A stretch of 64,000 nt of DNA from Phycisphaeraceae bacterium. Its GTDB lineage: Bacteria; Planctomycetota; Phycisphaerae; Phycisphaerales; Phycisphaeraceae. This document shows, piece after piece, positions 57,292 to 64,000 of this stretch. The notes below the pieces were generated by a model. That model searched no databases. It was given only the letters and a program-made list of their open reading frames with translations, and was not told the origin of the DNA. Location: contig OY771506.1 in the NCBI GenBank assembly GCA_963674705.1, forward strand, positions 3,232,001 through 3,296,000. The letters are read 5' to 3'. Position 1 is the first letter of the stretch. Each line of letters opens with the position of its first letter. A program made the translations under genes and the position numbers.

Positions 57292-58209
57292 ATGGACAAC
57301 CCTCCGGCGGACACTACGATACCTGACGATGGTATAAGCGATGATGTGGTGTCCCAGTCACAAACGAACAACCACGACCTGCCCTGTCTGCATTGTGGCT
57401 ACAACCTGCGGGGCATGACCGCTGACAAGCAATGCCCGGAGTGCGGCGAAGAAGTGGGACGGTCGCTGCGGGGCGATCAACTACACTTCAGCGACCTTCA
57501 CTGGGTCCGCAGGCTTTCGCTGGGTGTCAACCTGATCGCATGGGGTGCAAACACATCTGCCGCGACGTTGTTATTAAGTATCCTTTTAATGAGTGATCTT
57601 GCCAGCAGGCAGTTCATTGACCCGCAGAGTTTGCTTCCGCTGATGCATGTACTGTTACTGCTGGCTGGTTCATCCTTCACTATCGGCGTCTGGCTTATGA
57701 CCACGCCCGAGTCCGGCGTGTTGGAAGCCTCAGCCTGGACGCCAAGAAATATATCACGATGGGCTGTGATGTTTGCCGCTGTGATCTGCTTCTTAAGTGT
57801 GAGTCTTTATCAAGCGCTCTCTGTTTATTCAAATGTTCTGGTCTTTATTGGAATAAATGTCAGCTTCGTGGGCATCATCTTCTTGATGATTTATGCCTAT
57901 TCATTGTCGGTACGTATGCCAAACCATGAGTTAGCTGTACCAACCCGGATCGTCACTTGGGGCTACGGTGTTTTTATTCTTATTTTTGACCTGATAGTCA
58001 TTTTACCCGTCCTCATGCAAAACAGCCTATCCAGAGGCAAACCCGACTGGATTATGATCTTTGCATGTCCTCTATTCATTGCTTTTATTGTGCTGCTGAT
58101 ATGGTCTATGATTCTGACGATCCAATACTACTACGCTTTCCGCAAGGCCGTCGAAACTGCTGAACTCATACGGGCCACTCAATCGCCTCAATCTCATGAA
58201 GCAGGCTGA
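57292..58209 (+). CDS. Zn-ribbon multi-pass membrane protein, array member 3
   Basis: DLPCLHCGYNLRG..CPECG; CATAAT 6 nt before the ATG. Confidence 0.9.
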   Translation: MDNPPADTTIPDDGISDDVVSQSQTNNHDLPCLHCGYNLRGMTADKQCPECGEEVGRSLRGDQLHFSDLHWVRRLSLGVNLIAWGANTSAATLLLSILLMSDLASRQFIDPQSLLPLMHVLLLLAGSSFTIGVWLMTTPESGVLEASAWTPRNISRWAVMFAAVICFLSVSLYQALSVYSNVLVFIGINVSFVGIIFLMIYAYSLSVRMPNHELAVPTRIVTWGYGVFILIFDLIVILPVLMQNSLSRGKPDWIMIFACPLFIAFIVLLIWSMILTIQYYYAFRKAVETAELIRATQSPQSHEAG

Positions 58210-58427
58210 CCAGTACACGGCAGCGCTTGACGCGTATTGGGGATTGTAATAAGACATCAAATATAAGTTATATTAGATGTCTTTTTGCTGGGCGTGAGCC
58301 TCGCTACTGCGCATCGCTCGCTTCGGGGCTCCCGAAAAAGCGTAAAACCTGGGTGAGGGTCGCTGCCGTTTGATGTCGCATCACACATGCATCAACAGCC
58401 TCACGCGGAAGGGCGGAATGACTATCT

Positions 58428-58478
58428 CGCGCTCGGCGCGGGTCTCCCGACCCCGCCGCACAACCGACCGAAAGTCTC
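58428..58478. repeat. 51-bp REP-like intergenic module, copy 2
   Basis: 44/51 identical to 56142-56192. Confidence 0.8.
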
Positions 58479-58590
58479 CATGGTGTTGTGCCCGCGTCAT
58501 ATGCATCCACAAACCCCAGCAGCCCAACGCGGAAGCGTGGGGTTAACATCCGTGGTGCCGAGTAACATGAATCATGCCATAATCCCCCCC

Positions 58591-59454
58591 ATGGACCCTC
58601 ATGCGGCGGACACAACAACGCGTAACAACGAAAGGCTGAAGCCCACACGCCGCATCGACATCGACCTGCCTTGCCGTGAGTGCGGCTACAACCTGCGTGG
58701 GTTGCAATCGGTCGGCCAATGTCCCGAGTGCGGCGCGGCGATCGGCCGATCTTTGACAGATGACCGAATCGCCAACAGTTCAAAAAAGTGGTTGCGCAAT
58801 ATCCGCCTGGGACTTTTGCTGATGGCCGTTTCGTTGATCCTGCGCTTGCAGCAGGTCGCGATCTGGTTCCTCGGGTATTGGGGCTTCACATACTGGCCCG
58901 GCCGAGAATGGTACCTGCACCTGCAATGGATCGCGTTCGGCTTGGGCGCCTGGCTTGTCACAATTAGCGAGCCCGGCCGCGCAGCCATACATCGTAAAAC
59001 GCGGCGCATCACACGCATCTGCATCATCGTCGTGGCAATCACGGGTGTTGTCGAAGAATCCCGGCTACTGAACCTCGACTTTTGGCGGGCAGTTGCTTTC
59101 TTCCCTCTCAAGCACAGCTTTCTGCTCGCTGGGATCGTCGCCTTGTTATACCACCTCTATAAACTGACGCTCCGCCTCGGCCCAACCACCTTACCCAAAC
59201 AGACCAAATACCTGGGCATTGTCGGCAGCTTCCTGCTGGCGATGCTCTTGCTTAGCACGCTCTTGAACGCGATAGATTTAGGCATTCATCAGTTCTTCGG
59301 ATCGTACGACAACGCAACAACCATGTATCAGATCCATCGAACCATCTTCTTTCTGTTCTACAAACTCTACACACTCTTTCAGTTGTACCTGAGCGTGTAC
59401 TTCATCCTGATATTGTTAGCGATCCGCCGCGCAGCACGTGAGTCTACTGCTTGA
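58591..59454 (+). CDS. Zn-ribbon multi-pass membrane protein, array member 4
   Basis: DLPCRECGYNLRG..CPECG; start MDPHAAD by homology to members 2 and 3 (TGnCATAAT 7 nt upstream). Confidence 0.88.
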   Translation: MDPHAADTTTRNNERLKPTRRIDIDLPCRECGYNLRGLQSVGQCPECGAAIGRSLTDDRIANSSKKWLRNIRLGLLLMAVSLILRLQQVAIWFLGYWGFTYWPGREWYLHLQWIAFGLGAWLVTISEPGRAAIHRKTRRITRICIIVVAITGVVEESRLLNLDFWRAVAFFPLKHSFLLAGIVALLYHLYKLTLRLGPTTLPKQTKYLGIVGSFLLAMLLLSTLLNAIDLGIHQFFGSYDNATTMYQIHRTIFFLFYKLYTLFQLYLSVYFILILLAIRRAARESTA

Positions 59455-59538
59455 ATGTTTAATCTGTCGCCCTGCGCAGAAGCGTGAGGGGACCAAGGAT
59501 GCACATCCTGATTGCATGTATAGTGTTGCGCGAGTCTA

Positions 59539-60408
59539 ATGATGACCACTATCCGAACCAATCACGAATCATCCGGTGGCGGGGTCGTCGACAAGAACTT
59601 GCCCTGTTGGGGATGCGGCTACAACCTCCGCAGCATTGCGTACGACAAGGCCTGTCCTGAATGCGGTGCATCCGTCTCCCGATCTTTACAGGGCGATCGA
59701 CTTGTATTCAGCGACCGCAAATGGCTGCGCCGACTTGTGATCGGTACGAACTGGCTGTTGGCCTCGTCTACGATCAGTCTTTTCTTGGCGGTTCTCTGGA
59801 TCACCAGGTCCTTGTTCCGTATCGATATCGATACCTTTATAGAGAGCCTGCAGATCGCCTATCAAATCAAATGGATCATCATGCTTGTCGGTGTCTTTCT
59901 GGTGACATCATCTGAATACGGGCGTGGATCGAAACAAAGTATACTTAGGGTCTGGGCCAGATGGTTGCTGTTGGCGGCCAGTATCTTTGGCACGATCCTG
60001 TTTGTTGCACACTTCGCTTCATCGTTTGTATCACCCGCGATCACTTTGCCACTAAGCTCGTTACGTCAGATTATCCATACGTTGGGTGGCATCGCACTCA
60101 TTTTATATCTGGGGGCACTGGCCGGCAGAGCGGAATGGCCAGGCCTCGTGTTACAGACGCGACTCTTGTCTGTGGGTTATGTCATCAGTTTGTTTGTGGG
60201 GCTGCTGATCAATCTGACTCACATGCTCCTGGTTTTTGATATCATCGATCATCATAGCTTGGTATTTCAATTGGTCGGCTATGCCAGCTTTGCTTACACG
60301 TACTTTCTCTATAGCGGGATGATCATCTGGGAACTGATCTTCTTGCTTATACTGCGCCGTAGTCTGGTTGCGTTGCATAAACTCACAACAAGCAACGTTG
60401 AACATTAA
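59539..60408 (+). CDS. Zn-ribbon multi-pass membrane protein, array member 5
   Basis: NLPCWGCGYNLRS..CPECG then hydrophobic segments. Confidence 0.88.
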   Translation: MMTTIRTNHESSGGGVVDKNLPCWGCGYNLRSIAYDKACPECGASVSRSLQGDRLVFSDRKWLRRLVIGTNWLLASSTISLFLAVLWITRSLFRIDIDTFIESLQIAYQIKWIIMLVGVFLVTSSEYGRGSKQSILRVWARWLLLAASIFGTILFVAHFASSFVSPAITLPLSSLRQIIHTLGGIALILYLGALAGRAEWPGLVLQTRLLSVGYVISLFVGLLINLTHMLLVFDIIDHHSLVFQLVGYASFAYTYFLYSGMIIWELIFLLILRRSLVALHKLTTSNVEH

Positions 60409-60411
60409 CGT

Positions 60412-60454
60412 ACACATAAAAACAAACGCACCAACCGGTGCGCTTGTCGTGTGT
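60412..60454. terminator. Imperfect hairpin between convergent genes
   Basis: ACAA.CGCACC / GGTGCG.TTGT stem with outer ACAC / GTGT pairing. Confidence 0.5.
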
Positions 60455-60480
60455 TCTATGTTGTAGATAAGCGATGCAAA

Positions 60481-60711
60481 TTACGCAGCGCGCGATTCGG
60501 CAAGTGTCTCTGCCGTGCGAGGGGAAACAGGTTGTTCGACTTCAACGGAATGGTTTGTGGTTATCGGGCGCATCGCGCGTCTTCGACTGCTCTCGCCTCG
60601 CATGATTCGCCTCATCCGCCGGCCGGTGTACAGACGTACCGCCATGTACACGCCCCACAACCAGCAGCAACCAAGGTAAACACCTAACGCGTAAATCAGC
60701 AGCGTCATCAT
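60481..60711 (-). CDS. Small single-pass membrane protein (hypothetical)
   Basis: Hydrophobic N-terminus then Arg-rich tail; fills the gap downstream of the neuB-like gene. Confidence 0.55.
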   Translation of the reverse strand: MMTLLIYALGVYLGCCWLWGVYMAVRLYTGRRMRRIMRGESSRRRAMRPITTNHSVEVEQPVSPRTAETLAESRAA

Positions 60712-60806
60712 GCGAAGCACTCCCACAACAGGCGAACGGCCGACTAGCTCTTACTGATTACTCTTCGGCCGACTCACGTTGGTTTTAATAGTTTTCGCGC
60801 TTCTAC

Positions 60807-61874
60807 TCAGGCGGCGCTGATCGCGCCTTCTTGTTGTAAGTCGTCGAAACATAGCAGGTTGCCTGCCTTGACGGGGCGGACGAGAAATTTTCCTGTAAGA
60901 CTTTTTAGCTCGCTTGCGGGGATCCCCGTCCCAGGCCGCATTACCGTCAGGTCCTGTTCGCTCAACCGATGCCCGGCCGGCAGGTCGCGCGCGGCCGCCA
61001 CACTCTGCCGGGACACCGTCCTGACATCCGCTTCCACATCCAGCACCTGCTTGGCGATCGGCCCCAGCATTGCCTGCGTACGTCGAACCTGCCTGACGTA
61101 TTCGCTGAACTGATCCGGATCGGCGCTGGCCGCGTGGTCAGGTCCGTCGGCTTCGCGGTCATAAGTCAAGTGTTTTTCAAGCACAACAGCACCCGCCGCC
61201 ACCGCCAACGCGCCGGTTGTTACCTCCTGTGTGTGGTCGGAATACCCGACCGCCACGTCGAACCGCTCGCTGATGGCTCTAATCCCGCCCAGCGCCGCGT
61301 CACCGACCGGTGTCGGGTAACTCGACACGCATTGCAGCATGCATCCGCCGGCCTGGTGCTGCCTGAGCAGGTCCGCCGCGGGAGCGAGTTCATCCAGCGT
61401 GCAGGTGCCCGTAGAGATCAGCATGGGCTTGCCAAGTCCAGCTACCGCTTCGAGTAACGGCAGATTCACCGCGTCCGGCGAAGCAATCTTCACCTCATCC
61501 ACACCCAAATCCGCAAGCTCAGCCACATTCCCCAGGCTGAAAGGCGTCACAATCAGCTTCAAGCCCAGCAGCCGCGCCCGCTCTGCTAACTGCCTGATCT
61601 CGTCCGGCTTCAGCATGAGGTCGCGCAGTAACGCTTTAGCATTACATGCTTTACCGACTTGGTACGAAGCCAGCATCGACTGGCTCGACAGCAACTGATC
61701 CGGATCAAAAAGCTGCAGCTTTACCGCATCCGCACCCGCCGCCTTCGCCACCTCGATCAGCATCCGCCCACGGTCCACCTGGCCATCATGGTTCACTCCG
61801 ATCTCCGCGATCACACCCACCCAAGATGCCCGAGCCGTATCAGCTTGCCAGTACCAGCATTTCTGTGCTTCCAT
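60807..61874 (-). CDS. N-acetylneuraminate synthase family protein (NeuB/SpsE) with C-terminal SAF domain
   Basis: IAEIGVNHDG, GADAVKLQ, KIAS, CVSSYP, GYSDHT, EKHLT, DHAAS, RPGTGI. Confidence 0.93.
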   Translation of the reverse strand: MEAQKCWYWQADTARASWVGVIAEIGVNHDGQVDRGRMLIEVAKAAGADAVKLQLFDPDQLLSSQSMLASYQVGKACNAKALLRDLMLKPDEIRQLAERARLLGLKLIVTPFSLGNVAELADLGVDEVKIASPDAVNLPLLEAVAGLGKPMLISTGTCTLDELAPAADLLRQHQAGGCMLQCVSSYPTPVGDAALGGIRAISERFDVAVGYSDHTQEVTTGALAVAAGAVVLEKHLTYDREADGPDHAASADPDQFSEYVRQVRRTQAMLGPIAKQVLDVEADVRTVSRQSVAAARDLPAGHRLSEQDLTVMRPGTGIPASELKSLTGKFLVRPVKAGNLLCFDDLQQEGAISAA

Positions 61875-61972
61875 GCACTTTCTTATCGGCGATGTTTGAC
61901 CCAAACCGACACACACGATACCGTTTCTCGCTCAACACCCGTTTGTTCGGCCCCCGGAAGCACCCCCGGAAG

Positions 61973-62004
61973 CCTGGAAGCCCGTAAGCCCCGAAGCTTT
62001 GAAG
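61973..62004. repeat. 8-nt periodic tract (CnnnnAAG)x4
   Basis: cctggaag cccgtaag ccccgaag ctttgaag, preceded by two ccccggaag copies. Confidence 0.6.
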
Positions 62005-62064
62005 CGTTTGACCCCGTATCGCTTCCGCCCGCACCTGCCGCAACAACCGGGTCAAAATACCCCT

Positions 62065-62137
62065 GGTCGGGTAGCTCAGTTGGTAGAGCATCGGCCTTTT
62101 AAGCCGCTGGTCCTGGGTTCGAGTCCCAGCCCGATCA
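62065..62137 (+). tRNA. tRNA-Lys (anticodon TTT), 3' CCA not encoded
   Basis: GGTCGGGTAGCTCAGTTGGTAGAGCATCGGCCTTTTAAGCCGCTGGTCCTGGGTTCGAGTCCCAGCCCGATCA cloverleaf. Confidence 0.96.
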
Positions 62138-62147
62138 CTTCATGAAC

Positions 62148-62181
62148 AACCGCTCAAGCCACCAGGCAGGGCGGTTTTTTT
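62148..62181 (+). terminator. Rho-independent terminator after tRNA-Lys(TTT)
   Basis: AACCGCTC...GGGCGGTT stem followed by a T run. Confidence 0.75.
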
Positions 62182-62397
62182 ATTGGATGAAAGGTTGTTG
62201 AAGTGGGGCGGTTCGGCCGAACCGTGATTGCGCGCACGGGCCGCATACACGACAGGCCTGTGCGCCCATGCAGTGGTGGAAAACTGAGCTTCCCGATGCG
62301 CCTGATTTGCACGTCGGCGTGTGGTGGTTTAGGCCACGAATGAGCTTTTGCGCTGGCTTGTGAATACTGCCTGACCGCGCGGTTATTGGAGGAAATA

Positions 62398-62432
62398 TTT
62401 AGCCACGGATGAACACAGATGAACACGGATTA
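62398..62432. repeat. TAGCCAC-family 10-nt periodic repeat (direct copy at 63595-63618)
   Basis: TTTAGCCACGGATGAACACAGATGAACACGGATT. Confidence 0.8.
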
Positions 62433-62541
62433 AGAATCCGTTTTGATGAGCCAAGTATCTTGCACCCAGTGACCGTAATAACTATGGTTTGTTGCACTTA
62501 CTATTTGTCTAATGCGATGGTGATGCGTAAAGGCTGCAACC

Positions 62542-62976
62542 ATGACAGCGAAACAGTCGACCAAGGCCTATGCCATCGCAGGTTTGATCGGCTTGGTGAT
62601 TGCCGGGATTAGTTTGTTAATCTTGTTCGCATTGGTCAGCGAAGGGGAGGAGGCAGTGCTTCCGGGCTTACTGATTTATCTGGCGCTAGGCACCGTTGTT
62701 TCATTTGTCGCGGGAGCGGCGGCCGTTGTCTTCACCGGTCGAGAAACGTGGATGATAAAAGGTGTGCTGGCATGTCCGGTGATATATCTATTGTGCGTGA
62801 TCTGGATCGGTACAGCGATTGCGAGCGACGATGTTGGTTCAAATGATCCCGCTCGCTGGAATTTTATGATTCCATTATTGGTGTCGATCTTGTTCAGCGT
62901 GCTCGGTGCGGCCGCTGGAATACCTATCATGCGGTATCGAGAAAAGCTGCCAGCACAGGTGAGAAGTGAAGATTAG
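62542..62976 (+). CDS. Hypothetical four-TM membrane protein
   Basis: Four hydrophobic segments, no recognised motif. Confidence 0.7.
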   Translation: MTAKQSTKAYAIAGLIGLVIAGISLLILFALVSEGEEAVLPGLLIYLALGTVVSFVAGAAAVVFTGRETWMIKGVLACPVIYLLCVIWIGTAIASDDVGSNDPARWNFMIPLLVSILFSVLGAAAGIPIMRYREKLPAQVRSED

Positions 62977-63133
62977 CACGTTATCATCGTCAGGTTGATG
63001 CCATGAGATATAAGATCAGGTGACCTTTCCCACGAATGGTGGATACGGTCGGGGATGTCGATCAGATCGGCAGACCGCGCCGAGCGCCGGGGGAGAGAGC
63101 GAAGCGACGATAACACATTATGGTGTATGACTT

Positions 63134-63556
63134 ATGAGCATAGATTTATACGTAATCATTCTGATCGATGACAATACACCGGCTGGAGGTCGGCCTTTTG
63201 AAAACGATCCTTCTATCTGGTCTTTTCGTGAAGACTATGGCTTGGTTGGGTGCAAAGATTATTTGTTTATATCAGCAATCAGTGGCATCCGTTCACAAGG
63301 TGAATTTATTCCTCTATACGCTATGCGCGGCTTGCCGGATGACTTCGCATTATCAAGCACTCTGGGTGACAAATATCAGCTTGATGGGCATACGGGTTGG
63401 TTAAACGCATCTGAATTAAAATCGGCGCTTGCGCATGCGAAGAATGACTACAAGATGTATGCAAGACCCGTGCGTGTTCTTCTAGAAGTTATCGACCTTC
63501 TGGCAAAAACGTATGGATCAGATCGTGTTCGACTTGTTTTCGACATACAAACCTGA
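63134..63556 (+). CDS. Hypothetical protein
   Basis: 140-aa ORF in AT-richer DNA (DY..I..I.G.R...P....RGLP.D...GWL...EL...RVRLVF). Confidence 0.7.
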   Translation: MSIDLYVIILIDDNTPAGGRPFENDPSIWSFREDYGLVGCKDYLFISAISGIRSQGEFIPLYAMRGLPDDFALSSTLGDKYQLDGHTGWLNASELKSALAHAKNDYKMYARPVRVLLEVIDLLAKTYGSDRVRLVFDIQT

Positions 63557-63594
63557 TTGGCGTCAAAGGTGGATGGTTCGACAAGGTGGAGATG

Positions 63595-63618
63595 TTTAGC
63601 CACGGATGAACACGGATT
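63595..63618. repeat. TAGCCAC-family repeat, second direct copy
   Basis: TTTAGCCACGGATGAACACGGATT. Confidence 0.75.
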
Positions 63619-63755
63619 ATTGAGGCGGTTGTAAGGGGGTGGGCGGCTTTGTGGCAGTCCAAGGTCTCAGCTTAGATGCTTGATTGAGAAATGGGGACAT
63701 TCTACATTTCAATCCCTGCCGGGAATGCGGTAATATTATAGATGAGTAGATACAT

Positions 63756-63965
63756 ATGAAGAAACACTCTACATACAAGGCAAATATTTTTATCGCATAT
63801 GTATTATGTACGATATCTATCGTACTCTCATTATTGAATTACTATAACATCTGCTCAGACGTATGGCGTATTGTGTCTATTATTTTTTTGGCAATATCGT
63901 TTTCTATATTTGGTATCTATGCCGTACTCGCAACTAGAACCTGTTTCAAAACTGTCTCAGTGTAA
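63756..63965 (+). CDS. Small two-TM hypothetical protein
   Basis: 69-aa AT-rich ORF with two hydrophobic segments. Confidence 0.45.
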   Translation: MKKHSTYKANIFIAYVLCTISIVLSLLNYYNICSDVWRIVSIIFLAISFSIFGIYAVLATRTCFKTVSV

Positions 63966-64000
63966 TCAGTAGGCATGCGACGTGGAAGAACGCCTGATAC

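Noticed and set aside
58387..58590. Upstream extension of array member 4
   Set aside because: It runs through the duplicated REP-like spacer; homology with members 2 and 3 places the start at 58591
55181..60408. Integron cassette array
   Set aside because: No convincing attC sites (RYYYAAC...GTTRRRY) between genes, no integrase; the genes are paralogues and several have their own promoters
62154..62426. 90-aa minus-strand ORF starting MFICVHPWL
   Set aside because: Its start is a translation of the TAGCCAC-family repeat; no other coding evidence
63688..63710. AAATGGGGACATTCTACATTTC, reminiscent of a small repeat element
   Set aside because: Only one copy and no partner arm in the window, so it cannot be supported here

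Overview
Chromosomal window from a GC-rich bacterium. The gene content (DUF1559/H-X9-DG prepilin-like genes, many PEP-CTERM proteins with dockerin tails, CxxCGYxLRG..CPECG membrane proteins) points to Planctomycetota, probably Phycisphaerae; this is inferred. It holds housekeeping genes (proB, waaA, metG, nth, moaE, mutS, priA, yggS, dedA, cca, sahR-ahcY, bamD-lptE-ftsH, neuB-like) and two tRNA-Lys genes without encoded CCA. No CRISPR array, transposase, integrase or rRNA was seen. Highlights: (1) a Fur/Zur-family operon with its own Fur-like box, a coupled CxxC/RGPP (DUF2946-like) putative arrest peptide, a His-bearing DUF1559 pilin-like gene and two His-motif PEP-CTERM proteins, which may form a two-tier-regulated surface metal-capture system; (2) a tandem array of five paralogues with a conserved Zn-ribbon head and divergent membrane bodies, three of them with their own leaderless-type promoter; (3) heptamer-repeat palindromic elements that occur in intergenic DNA and also as in-frame insertions in mutS and priA; (4) seven secreted proteins sharing a dockerin+PEP-CTERM tail, one with a cohesin-like domain; (5) a C39-peptidase/RimK/glutamate-cysteine-ligase operon. 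All product calls rest on motifs recognised by eye, not on database searches.
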